Positions 38,406 through 47,143 of a stretch of DNA of 64,000 nucleotides are shown in pieces. The stretch comes from an uncultured Candidatus Saccharibacteria bacterium. GTDB taxonomy: Bacteria > Patescibacteriota > Minisyncoccia > Phycocordibacterales > XYD1-FULL-46-19. Position 1 is the stretch's first letter; each line of letters opens with the position of its first letter. A model generated the notes under the pieces. That model saw only the letters and a program-made list of their open reading frames with translations. It did no database searches and was not told where the DNA came from. The translations under genes and the position numbers were made by a program. Location: contig CAZEAY010000002.1 of NCBI GenBank assembly GCA_964510655.1, positions 26,613 through 90,612 of the forward strand, in the 5' to 3' direction.

Positions 38406-38801
38406 ATGACAACCGATCCAATTTCAGACATGTTAATTCAACTAAAGAATGCTACTCTGGTACGCAAACCAGCGGTAACTATTCCTTTTTCTAATGTAAA
38501 GATGGAAATCGCCAAAGTTCTTTTGCGCGAAGGCTATTTAAAGTCTGCGGTCAAAAAAGGTAAAAAAGTCAAAAAAGTTTTGGCTTGTGATTTGGTGTAT
38601 GGGGAAGACAACGAACCTAAGATTCACGATGTGACTCGCGTTTCCAAACTTTCTTGCCGGGTATATATCGGTGTGAAAGAACTGAAGCCGGTCAGACAAG
38701 GTACTGGTCTCATGGTTTTGTCTACACCAAAGGGAATTATGACCAGTCAGGAAGCCAAAGAAGCCAATGTCGGTGGCGAGGTGTTATTTAAGATTTGGTA
38801 A
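38406..38801 (+). CDS. rpsH: 30S ribosomal protein S8
   Basis: TDPISDML, STPKGIM, GGEVL. Confidence 0.97.
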   Translation: MTTDPISDMLIQLKNATLVRKPAVTIPFSNVKMEIAKVLLREGYLKSAVKKGKKVKKVLACDLVYGEDNEPKIHDVTRVSKLSCRVYIGVKELKPVRQGTGLMVLSTPKGIMTSQEAKEANVGGEVLFKIW

Positions 38802-38811
38802 AAATAAACAT

Positions 38812-39348
38812 ATGTCACGTATCGGCAAAAAAATAATTAATATTCCGGAAAAAGTTGAAGTCTCTTTGAACAAGGACTTGTTAACTGTGAAGGGTCCTTT
38901 GGGAACTTTGTCTCGTTCTTTTAAACCAGTGATTGAGATAAAGATTGATGGCAAAGAAATTACTTTAAACCCTACTAAAAACGATGTTGAAGCTCGTTCC
39001 CTTTGGGGCACTTATGGTTCCCATATTTTAAATATGATCGAGGGAGTAACTAAGGGTTTTGAAAAGAAACTGACAATCGAAGGAGTTGGTTATAAGGTAA
39101 ATGTGGTTGGTGATAAAGTAGTAATGAGCTTGGGTCTTTCTCATGGAGTAGAGGTAAAAATTCCTGAGGGGATAAAAGCTGTTTCAGAAAAAAATGCCTT
39201 TGCTTTTTCTGGAATTGATAAGGAGTTGGTTGGACAGTTTTCCGCTAAGATCCGTGCTTTTAAGAAGACTGAACCGTATAAAGGTAAAGGTATTCGCTAT
39301 GTTGGTGAATTTATTCGTCGCAAGCAGGGTAAAAAGAGTACAGCCTAA
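38812..39348 (+). CDS. rplF: 50S ribosomal protein L6 (start moved to 38812)
   Basis: MSRIGK, KGPLG.L, EPYKGKGIRY. Confidence 0.97.
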   Translation: MSRIGKKIINIPEKVEVSLNKDLLTVKGPLGTLSRSFKPVIEIKIDGKEITLNPTKNDVEARSLWGTYGSHILNMIEGVTKGFEKKLTIEGVGYKVNVVGDKVVMSLGLSHGVEVKIPEGIKAVSEKNAFAFSGIDKELVGQFSAKIRAFKKTEPYKGKGIRYVGEFIRRKQGKKSTA

Positions 39349-39368
39349 CCGGTAAATAAATCACAATC

Positions 39369-39731
39369 ATGAAAAAAGGAAACACAAAACAACAAAGAAT
39401 CAAACGTCATCACAAAGTTCGGATGAATGTTTCAGGGACAGCGGAAAAGCCACGCTTGTGTGTTTTTCGATCTGGTGGACATATCTATGCTCAATTGATT
39501 AATGATACAATTGGTAAAACAATTGCCTCCTCTTCTGATATGGTTATTAAGTCTGAGAAAAAAGGGGATTTTGTAAAAGTTGAGAATGCTAGAGCTGTTG
39601 GTTTTGATCTTGCCCAAAAAGCTAAAGATTTGAAAATTACCAAGATTGTCTTTGACCGAGGCGGTTATATTTATACTGGTCGGGTTAAAGCTTTAGCCGA
39701 TGGAGCCCGTGAAGGCGGATTGGAATTTTAA
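39369..39731 (+). CDS. rplR: 50S ribosomal protein L18
   Basis: PRL.VFRS..HIYAQ, VFDRGG..Y.GRVKA.ADGARE.GL.F. Confidence 0.97.
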   Translation: MKKGNTKQQRIKRHHKVRMNVSGTAEKPRLCVFRSGGHIYAQLINDTIGKTIASSSDMVIKSEKKGDFVKVENARAVGFDLAQKAKDLKITKIVFDRGGYIYTGRVKALADGAREGGLEF

Positions 39732-39743
39732 ATAAAAAATAAA

Positions 39744-40334
39744 ATGGAAACACCTAACAACAAGCCAAATACAAATACCACACCAAATAGCCGACCAGGT
39801 GGTTTTGGTGGGCGTGCTACCGGAGGGACGGGTGGCCGACCTTCTCGTGGGGGAGCGGCTGGCGGTCGTCGCCCGGGTGGCCGACCTGCTCGTGCTGAAC
39901 GACCAAAACCAGAATTTGATTCTAAGATGGTTGATATTCGTCGTGTCGCCCGTGTTATGGCTGGCGGTCGTCGTTTTAACTTCTCTGTGACTCTAGTCGC
40001 TGGAGATAAAAAAGGCCGGGTTGGAGTAGGAATCGGCAAAGCCGGTGATACTACTTTGGCCATCGATAAGGCGATGAACAATGCAAAGAAGAATATGATT
40101 AAGGTTCCAATGACTAAGGAGGGTAGTATCGCTCACGAAGTTTCTGCCAAATTTGGTAGTTCTAAAATTGTCATTAAGCCGGCTAAGGGACGTGGTTTGG
40201 TAGCTGGTAGTGCTGTCCGTAACGTTCTATTTTTTGCCGGTATTCATAATGTAAATGCTAAAATTATTTCTCGAAGTAAAAATAAGTTAAATATTGCCCG
40301 CGCCGCGATATTAGCTTTAAAGCAATTGATTTAA
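39744..40334 (+). CDS. rpsE: 30S ribosomal protein S5 with Gly/Arg-rich N-extension
   Basis: RRV.RV.AGGRRF.F, VAGD.KG.VG.G.GKA. Confidence 0.96.
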   Translation: METPNNKPNTNTTPNSRPGGFGGRATGGTGGRPSRGGAAGGRRPGGRPARAERPKPEFDSKMVDIRRVARVMAGGRRFNFSVTLVAGDKKGRVGVGIGKAGDTTLAIDKAMNNAKKNMIKVPMTKEGSIAHEVSAKFGSSKIVIKPAKGRGLVAGSAVRNVLFFAGIHNVNAKIISRSKNKLNIARAAILALKQLI

Positions 40335-40344
40335 GATTACGACC

Positions 40345-40776
40345 ATGCAAATACATCAATTAAAAAGAACAAGTAAGTTAAAGAAGGGTAAGTATATTGG
40401 CCGTGGAGGTAAACGCGGAACAACCGCTGGCCGTGGTACAAAAGGCCAGATGGCTCGTACTGGACACAAATTACGCCCAGAAATTCGTGATGTGATTAAG
40501 AAGTTACCAAAACTTCGTGGTTATCGTTTTAAATCTCGTCAGGAGAAAATGTCTCCAGTAAATTTGCGTGATATTGAAAAAATGTTTGATGCTGGCGCTG
40601 TTGTTACTCCAGATGAATTACATGCTAAGAAATTGGTTAGTCTAAAGGGAGGCTTCATTCCGGTGATTAAAATTTTGGGTACCGGGAATCTAACCAAGAA
40701 AATTTCTTTCTCGGGAGTAGCTGTCTCGGCTACCGCCAAAGAGAAGATCGAAAAAGCAGGTGGTTCAGTTAGTTAA
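40345..40776 (+). CDS. rplO: 50S ribosomal protein L15
   Basis: GRG.KGQ.AR.G, KILG.G.L, A.EKIEKAGG. Confidence 0.95.
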   Translation: MQIHQLKRTSKLKKGKYIGRGGKRGTTAGRGTKGQMARTGHKLRPEIRDVIKKLPKLRGYRFKSRQEKMSPVNLRDIEKMFDAGAVVTPDELHAKKLVSLKGGFIPVIKILGTGNLTKKISFSGVAVSATAKEKIEKAGGSVS

Positions 40777-40787
40777 AAAATTGTGAG

Positions 40788-40889
40788 TCCAGTTTGAAAT
40801 AATAGGAAAAAGTAAATGAGAAGTTGTATTATGAAAGTAGCTAATGGTCGAGGGGTAAGTTTCTATCAGCAAATAAATTTCTAACGGGA
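40788..40889. mobile_element. Degenerate 102-bp member of the start-codon element family at secY (copy C)
   Basis: Left end TCCAGTTTGAAAT is an imperfect inverse of right end ATTTCTAACGGGA; flanked by TGAG and TGAA. Confidence 0.5.
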
Positions 40890-42160
40890 TGAACAAATTT
40901 TTTGATAAGTTAAATATAATCTTCCGTGATAGTAATCTCCGCCGAAGAATTTTGGTGGTTTTAGGCGCTTTGGCTGTTTTTCGTTTTGCCGCTTCGGTGC
41001 CAATTCCCGGGGTAGATATTTTACGATTAGAAAATTACCTGTCAGGAAATAATTTCTTAGGTATTTTTGATATTTTGTCTGGAGGTGGTCTGTCTAAGTT
41101 GTCTGTCATGATGCTTGGAGTCGGTCCATATATTACCGCTTCGATTATTATGCAACTTTTGACTCTAATTTTCCCTTCTTTGAAAGAGCTTTATCATGAA
41201 GAGGGCGAGGCTGGTCGTCGCAAAGTGGCTCAATATTCTCGTTTGATTGCCATTCCTTTGGCGGCTTTTCAGGGTTATGCTTTTCTTACTCTTTTGGCCC
41301 GTAATGGTGTTCTTGGACAGTTGACCACTGGCGGGATGCTTTTGAATATTTGTTTGGTGGTGGCTGGTTCAATGCTTTTGATGTGGATTGGTGAATTAAT
41401 TTCTGAATATGGTTTGGGCAATGGTGTTTCCTTGATTATTTTTGCTGGAATTGTGGCTCGAGTACCATCGGCTGTTCAAGAACTATATCTCGGTTTTGAT
41501 CCATCTCAATTACCGTTATACGTCGCCTTTATTGTTGTAATGGCGGTGGTTATTGCGGGAGTGGTAGTTATTACTGAAGGAGAAAGGCCAATTCCGGTTA
41601 CTTATGCTAAGCGGGTACGGGGGATGAAGGTCTATGGGGGAGTTTCCACTTATTTACCTATTCGGGTTAACAACGCTGGGGTGATGCCAATTATTTTTGC
41701 TCTCTCAATTTTAATGTTTCCTCAAATGCTGGCCACTTTTCTTGGAGCCAGTTCCAACGCTATTTTAGTTGGAATTTCCAAGTTTTTTGCGCTAATTGTC
41801 GGTAATATGTGGGTCTATGGTTTTATTTATTTTATTCTTGTCTTTGTCTTCACTTATTTCTATTCGGCCGTTACTTTTGACCCAGAAGCTGTTTCAGAAA
41901 ACTTGCAGAAGTCCGGTGCTTTTATCCCGGGGGTTCGTCCTGGTCGCCCAACAGCTGAATTTATTGCTAATATTCTTTATCGTCTAACCCTTATCGGAGC
42001 TCTATTTTTGGGAGCCATCGCGGTTCTTCCTCTCGTCTTACAAGGAGTGACAAAAATAAGTGCCCTAGCTATTGGTGGTACCTCTCTCTTGATTGTAGTG
42101 TCAGTGGCGATTGAATTTATTAAACAGATCGAGGCGCAGATCTCGATGCGAGAATACTAA
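40889..42160 (+). CDS. secY: Preprotein translocase subunit SecY
   Basis: LGVGPYITASII.QLL, GLGNG.SLIIFAGI, GV.PIIFA, FIPG.RPG, GGTSLLIVV. Confidence 0.98.
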   Translation: MNKFFDKLNIIFRDSNLRRRILVVLGALAVFRFAASVPIPGVDILRLENYLSGNNFLGIFDILSGGGLSKLSVMMLGVGPYITASIIMQLLTLIFPSLKELYHEEGEAGRRKVAQYSRLIAIPLAAFQGYAFLTLLARNGVLGQLTTGGMLLNICLVVAGSMLLMWIGELISEYGLGNGVSLIIFAGIVARVPSAVQELYLGFDPSQLPLYVAFIVVMAVVIAGVVVITEGERPIPVTYAKRVRGMKVYGGVSTYLPIRVNNAGVMPIIFALSILMFPQMLATFLGASSNAILVGISKFFALIVGNMWVYGFIYFILVFVFTYFYSAVTFDPEAVSENLQKSGAFIPGVRPGRPTAEFIANILYRLTLIGALFLGAIAVLPLVLQGVTKISALAIGGTSLLIVVSVAIEFIKQIEAQISMREY

Positions 42161-42184
42161 AATTTTAGTTTATCCACTTTAATC

Positions 42185-42211
42185 AAAAAAGGCTCTAACA
42201 GAGCCTTTTTT
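42185..42211 (+). terminator. Intrinsic terminator after secY
   Basis: aaaaaaggctct-aac-agagcctttttt. Confidence 0.75.
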
Positions 42212-42299
42212 GATTCTATTGAAGAAACCTAGGTCGGGTATATACTTATCTTTAGATGCCCTGGGGTATCTATCAAAAAACACAAAAGGAGTCTGATCT

Positions 42300-42467
42300 A
42301 TGTGTCAGAGATGTCTCCAGAAACCGGTTAAACCTGGTAATAAGCTCTGTCAATCGTGCCTCCAGAAGATTGTGGAAGAGCGGAAGCAGAGAGACCAGAA
42401 GCGTAAAGCTTTTAGGCACCAGAAGGTTGATCATCACGGCATTCGTTTGCCCGATGATGATAGATGA
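42300..42467 (+). CDS. 55-aa CxxC-x11-CxxC small protein, not in the ORF track
   Basis: SD AAGGAG 8 nt before ATG; translates MCQRCLQKPVKPGNKLCQSCLQKIVEERKQRDQKRKAFRHQKVDHHGIRLPDDDR; followed by a terminator. Confidence 0.6.
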   Translation: MCQRCLQKPVKPGNKLCQSCLQKIVEERKQRDQKRKAFRHQKVDHHGIRLPDDDR

Positions 42468-42543
42468 GGGGGCCCGGAATGATTTGAACAAATCTATTTC
42501 GGGTCTTTTTCTTTGTCCTGTTTGGGTGCTATAATCGCTGTAT

Positions 42544-43146
42544 ATGACTAAACAAACTCTAATCTTTATTGGTCGCTCGGGTTGTGGTAAGGGGACTCAG
42601 GCTGATTTATTGATCGAGACCTTAAAACAAAAAGAATTGGTTTCTGATAAAGACCCCATGTTTTATATTGAGACTGGTGATAAGTTTCGTGATTTTATCT
42701 CTAAAACCAGCCATTCTAGTCGGCTCGCTAAAGCGATTATGGATAAATCAGAAAGACAACCCGATTTTTTGGCGATTTGGATGTGGTCGGATCTATTAGT
42801 GACAAATTTGATGGGTGATGAACATATTATTTTTGATGGCACCCCGCGTTCGCTCAATGAGGCGATGGCCTTAGAGACAGCTTTGAATTTCTTCCAAAGA
42901 GATGAGGTTAAGGTAATTTATTTAGATGTTTCTGCTGCTTGTTCTAAAGAACGAATGATTGCTCGCGGACGAGCTGATGACAAAACTAATGGTGATATTG
43001 ATAAACGTTTGGCCTGGTTTGAGGCTGATGTTTTGCCCGCCGTAAAATATTATGAGTCTAATCCCAATTATAAATTTATTCGGGTAAATGGTGAACAGAC
43101 AATTGAAGAAGTCCAAGCTGAATTAATCAGTAAATTGGGATTGTAA
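42544..43146 (+). CDS. adk: Adenylate kinase family (short, LID-less)
   Basis: GRSGCGKGTQA, TGD.FR, DGTPR, RGRADD; located between secY and map. Confidence 0.88.
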   Translation: MTKQTLIFIGRSGCGKGTQADLLIETLKQKELVSDKDPMFYIETGDKFRDFISKTSHSSRLAKAIMDKSERQPDFLAIWMWSDLLVTNLMGDEHIIFDGTPRSLNEAMALETALNFFQRDEVKVIYLDVSAACSKERMIARGRADDKTNGDIDKRLAWFEADVLPAVKYYESNPNYKFIRVNGEQTIEEVQAELISKLGL

Positions 43147-43150
43147 GATT

Positions 43151-43912
43151 ATGATTAAGCTCAAATCAGAAAAAGAAATAGAAATCCTACGTGAAGGAGG
43201 AAAACGCCTGGCTAGTATTCTTCAGGCGGTAAAAGCTAAGGCTTTGCCGGGTGTTACGACTAGTGATTTAGATGATTTTGCTGTTCAAATGATTAAAGAT
43301 TTAGGAGATAAGCCCGCCTTTAAGGGTTATCGCCCAGAGGGCTCATATTTGGCTTATCCAGCCACCCTTTGTGTTTCAGTTAATGAAGAAATTGTCCATG
43401 GTATTCCTAGTAATCGAGTCTTAAAAGAGGGAGATATTGTTAGTCTAGACTGCGGGATTATTCATGAAGGTTTGTATACTGATTCGGCGATTACCGTAGG
43501 GGTTGGAAAAATTACTCCTGAATTAAAAAAACTGCTAGCTGTAACAGAAGAAGCTCTTTATCGGGGGATTAAGTTAGCTAAGCCAGGCAATCGTTTGGGT
43601 GACATTGGAGCGGCGATCGGAGATTTTATTAAAGAAAATGGCTATGGTTTAGTGGAGGAATTGTCTGGTCATGGAGTGGGTTATAAACCCCACGAAGAAC
43701 CCTATGTGCCAAATTTTGGTAAACCAGGAACGGGTTTAGAATTGAAATCTGGTTTGGTGATTGCGATTGAGCCGATGGCGGCGATGGGGACGAGTAAAAT
43801 AAAATTGGAAAAAGATGGTTTTACCTTTTCTACTAAAGATGGAAAGCCCGCTGCCCACTTTGAACATACAATTGTCATTACCGAAACCGGTCACGAGATT
43901 TTAACAAAATAA
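43151..43912 (+). CDS. map: Methionine aminopeptidase type I
   Basis: SVNEEIVHGIP, GDIVSLD, GHGVG...HEEP, AIEPM, AHFEHT. Confidence 0.96.
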   Translation: MIKLKSEKEIEILREGGKRLASILQAVKAKALPGVTTSDLDDFAVQMIKDLGDKPAFKGYRPEGSYLAYPATLCVSVNEEIVHGIPSNRVLKEGDIVSLDCGIIHEGLYTDSAITVGVGKITPELKKLLAVTEEALYRGIKLAKPGNRLGDIGAAIGDFIKENGYGLVEELSGHGVGYKPHEEPYVPNFGKPGTGLELKSGLVIAIEPMAAMGTSKIKLEKDGFTFSTKDGKPAAHFEHTIVITETGHEILTK

Positions 43913-43937
43913 AAGTTATTAGGTTAATTATATTTTT

Positions 43938-44522
43938 ATGAAAGATCCGAAGGAAGAAATTACTTACGTCATGATTAAACCCGATGGTGTGCGAAAAGGT
44001 TTGATCGGGGAGATCATTCGCCGATTTGAACAACGTGACCTAAAGATTGTGGCTCTGGAAATGTTTCAACCTACTAAAGAAAAAATGAATGACCATTATC
44101 CAAAAGATGAAGCTTGGATTACCAGACTGGGAGGTAAGACGCTTTCTACTTACGAAAAATATGGTTACAGTGCTAAAGAAGAATATGGTACTGATGATCC
44201 AAATACTATCGGTCAGATGGTTCGTGGGTGGCTCATTGATTATATGATTTCAGCTCCGCTGGTTAAAATGGTGGTAAAAGGTACTCATGCCGTTGACATG
44301 GTGCGTAAAATTGTTGGCCCAACTTTGCCTTATGCAGCTGAGATGGGCACTATTCGTGGCGATTACTCTGTTGACTCTCCTTTGGTGGCAAACAAGGAAC
44401 GTCGGGCGGTTATGAACCTAATTCATGCCTCAGAGACTCCGGAAGAAGCAAAACACGAAATCGAACACTGGTTTGGTGACTTTAAATTGCATGATTATCG
44501 GAGGTTTGGTGTTGATGTATAG
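43938..44522 (+). CDS. ndk: Nucleoside diphosphate kinase
   Basis: MIKPDGV, GTIRGD, NLIHASE. Confidence 0.93.
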   Translation: MKDPKEEITYVMIKPDGVRKGLIGEIIRRFEQRDLKIVALEMFQPTKEKMNDHYPKDEAWITRLGGKTLSTYEKYGYSAKEEYGTDDPNTIGQMVRGWLIDYMISAPLVKMVVKGTHAVDMVRKIVGPTLPYAAEMGTIRGDYSVDSPLVANKERRAVMNLIHASETPEEAKHEIEHWFGDFKLHDYRRFGVDV

Positions 44523-44695
44523 TATAAGAGTTAATCTGACAGAAAAAGCCCTTAAATAAGGGCTTTTTCTGTGGTTATGTCTTTTCAGCATTGACTTATT
44601 GATAAAAATATGATACACTAAATAAAGTAAACAATTATGCTCTTATCGGGCATTTTTAATTTTTAAAGACCTGGTCTTTGAAAAGGAGCACAGGT

Positions 44696-45031
44696 ATGAA
44701 TCTCACACGGGTTGAATTGTTGTGTATTTTGATTTTGATTACCGCCTCTTTGTTGCTGGTGGGCAGAATCAATTCACCAAAGAAACCAGTAGTACTCGGC
44801 GGTCTTGAACCGTCAGCTGAGATGCTGATTGTTCACCCTCCTCCACCTAAGGTGAAGGATTTTCATGAGACGGCCATGCCGCGGAACACCTCCGCCTCTC
44901 TTCCTGAGATCGACCCGACCGAGGAGAAGCTGAACAAGCTGGGACTTAGTCTGGTTGGAGGTTCCACTATGAATCTGTCTGGGTTGAGTACTAATACTTC
45001 TGCCACGACAGCGTCGTTACCCGTCCACTGA
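44696..45031 (+). CDS. Hypothetical membrane-anchored protein (ATG 44696)
   Basis: SD AAGGAG; N-terminal hydrophobic helix; Pro-rich. Confidence 0.55.
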   Translation: MNLTRVELLCILILITASLLLVGRINSPKKPVVLGGLEPSAEMLIVHPPPPKVKDFHETAMPRNTSASLPEIDPTEEKLNKLGLSLVGGSTMNLSGLSTNTSATTASLPVH

Positions 45032-45087
45032 CCCGATGATTATCATTTGGTCATAAATTTCACCCCGTTGAAGATAAGGAGCTCACG

Positions 45088-46245
45088 ATGAAGCGGAGTT
45101 TGTTGGGATTGCTTTTCCTGGCCCTGTTTTTGGGACAGATGTCCTGGGCGGTGGAGCTTACGGCTCCCAAGCCCATGACCACTGATACGATTGACGTGCG
45201 CAACATTGCGCGCGCCATCCTGTCTCATCAGGATACTGTTGCCTACAGTGGTAACTTCGGCTACGAAGTGACCCATCTGGATGGTAATGTGGTTTCGACA
45301 CAGGGCACGTTTGAGGGGCGTTATTTCCCCAAAGACGGTCGGGAAATCTTTATGTTTACCGCATTGTCGGTATCATACGACGGGAAGAACCCCATCATTT
45401 ACACCGGTGATCCGTTTGAGGTTTTTCCCTATCCGATGAAGGGGACGGCGAAAAATCTCTGGATCGGAATCAATGGTTTCGACCAGAACGGCCAACCGAC
45501 TCGCTATGGCTCTTTCGCCACCTCAGTGTGGGAGAAAGGTCAACCAATCATCTTTGGAATGAGGCCTGGCTATCTGCCGGTGATCATTCCTTTCAGTTTG
45601 AATGGTCGAGACCCAGCCGGTGTGGGTTTGATCATTGATGGTTGGGGTGGAGTGCCCTTTGGCTATAGCTCAGACCGTGGAGGTTTTGTGGCCTGGCTCG
45701 ACCCATCCACGTTGTACGGCGGTCGAGTTGTCGACTTGTTCAATGGACAGGCGACAATTTTGACTATCCCCAGTTTCAGTTACGGTGATCTGCCATCTTC
45801 AACTGAACCACGTGGTAGCATCGCAAACTTTCAGTGGGAAAGTGGCGTGAACTCGATTAAGTTCGAGAAAGGCTTCTACGACCCTCGTGGCGATGGACAT
45901 TACAATACGTCCATTGTTGAGGAGGGGAAACTTGTCCCGGCCGCAGTGTATATTGTGGAGCCGGGAGATCTGCAGACTTCAGCTCTGTACGGTGCCTTGT
46001 TGGACTTCGCTGGGCGGCTTCAAATTGAAGTTTTTACCGCTCCCGGCCAACGTCTGGTACTGTTGGATAAGTCGTGGAGTAGTCCTTCCCAGGTTCTCAA
46101 CTTTGAGGTGCCGGCCGGCTATCATTCGGTTATGATTACCGTGACCAAATCGAACGGTCCGGTGGCTATTCCCGAATGGTATGTCTGGGACCCGAACAGG
46201 TTTTACCTGATGGTGGGACGCAGTGGCCAGGGTGGAAAGGGCTAG
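45088..46245 (+). CDS. Hypothetical secreted beta-rich protein, visibly higher GC than flanks
   Basis: Signal peptide MKRSLLGLLFLALFLGQMSWA; SD AAGGAG; terminator at about 46295-46330. Confidence 0.7.
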   Translation: MKRSLLGLLFLALFLGQMSWAVELTAPKPMTTDTIDVRNIARAILSHQDTVAYSGNFGYEVTHLDGNVVSTQGTFEGRYFPKDGREIFMFTALSVSYDGKNPIIYTGDPFEVFPYPMKGTAKNLWIGINGFDQNGQPTRYGSFATSVWEKGQPIIFGMRPGYLPVIIPFSLNGRDPAGVGLIIDGWGGVPFGYSSDRGGFVAWLDPSTLYGGRVVDLFNGQATILTIPSFSYGDLPSSTEPRGSIANFQWESGVNSIKFEKGFYDPRGDGHYNTSIVEEGKLVPAAVYIVEPGDLQTSALYGALLDFAGRLQIEVFTAPGQRLVLLDKSWSSPSQVLNFEVPAGYHSVMITVTKSNGPVAIPEWYVWDPNRFYLMVGRSGQGGKG

Positions 46246-46478
46246 TGTCTGAGCCATTGTTCTTTGTTCTAATTAATCGGCCGATATGTTCGTTTGCCCG
46301 ACCAAGCTTTGCTCTGGTCGGGCTTTTTTTATCGGAGTGCGGTGTTTGAAAATCCCGACGGCTTGGCTGCGGAGATAGGACACAAAATCTGTTTTTATTA
46401 AATATGTTTTCTGCGGGCGGTAATAATTTGTTTATTTTTTTAATTGGTTTTTCACTGCTGTCGTTATATAATTGAACT

Positions 46479-46631
46479 AAGGTTGCTTGGGGTATTATCT
46501 AGACTATTTGTTCTTTTAGGGAGATTTATATTGCCGTTGGATGATGACGAAAGCATTTATGTAATTGTCTGACTCCACTTCGGTTGCGGTCACCCACCTA
46601 GCAAGAGCTAGGGTAAGCTCCAAGTAACCTT
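46479..46631 (+). ncRNA. ssrS: Probable 6S RNA (short form)
   Basis: TATAAT at 46467-46472; terminal stem AAGGTTGCTTGGGG/CTCCAAGTAACCTT; internal GGGAG and CGGTCACCCACCT motifs resembling 6S; terminator at 46632-46668. Confidence 0.55.
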
Positions 46632-46711
46632 AAGAAAAAACCGTTTATTTAATAAGCGGTTTTTTCTTGGGAATTTTGATTTTACCTGGTTTATTGTTAC
46701 AATTTAAGACA

Positions 46712-47143
46712 ATGTACCGAAAATGGCTTTTATTGGCTGGGGTGATGGATCTTTTTATCCTAAGTATTTTGGATAAAATTGCTTATCAATATTATCTGTA
46801 TTGGCGTTATCCGCAGTTTGATATTCTGATGCATTTGGTAGGTGGCATCGCCATTGGCTTAGTGTCAGCCTATGTGTATTGGTTATGGCACAGAGAAAAG
46901 GAACCAGAAAAAACGCGGAGTGAAATTGCCGTGGTTAGTTGGAGGTTATTTTTCTTGCTTAACTTCGGCTTTATTTTAACGATTGGTCTTGGTTGGGAAG
47001 TCTTTGAATTATTCGTTGACCGAATTGTTGCTTTTAGCCCTTTAAATATTTTACGAGATTTGTTTTTCGGAATCATTGGTAGTTTATCAGTTGGATTATT
47101 TGTCTTATGGATTCACAATCACAAACTAAAGAAGTTAAAATAA
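46712..47143 (+). CDS. Hypothetical multi-pass membrane protein
   Basis: D...H..GG and WE.FE motifs, about 4 TMs; TGTTACAAT 8 nt upstream of ATG 46712. Confidence 0.7.
   Translation: MYRKWLLLAGVMDLFILSILDKIAYQYYLYWRYPQFDILMHLVGGIAIGLVSAYVYWLWHREKEPEKTRSEIAVVSWRLFFLLNFGFILTIGLGWEVFELFVDRIVAFSPLNILRDLFFGIIGSLSVGLFVLWIHNHKLKKLK

Noticed and set aside
42256-42534. 92-aa ORF from the track
   Set aside because: It runs through a terminator and the adk promoter; the 55-aa ORF in another frame has the SD and a Cys motif.
46345-46420. Weak hairpin upstream of the 6S-like RNA
   Set aside because: Pairing depends on many G-U pairs and there is no promoter or terminator context.
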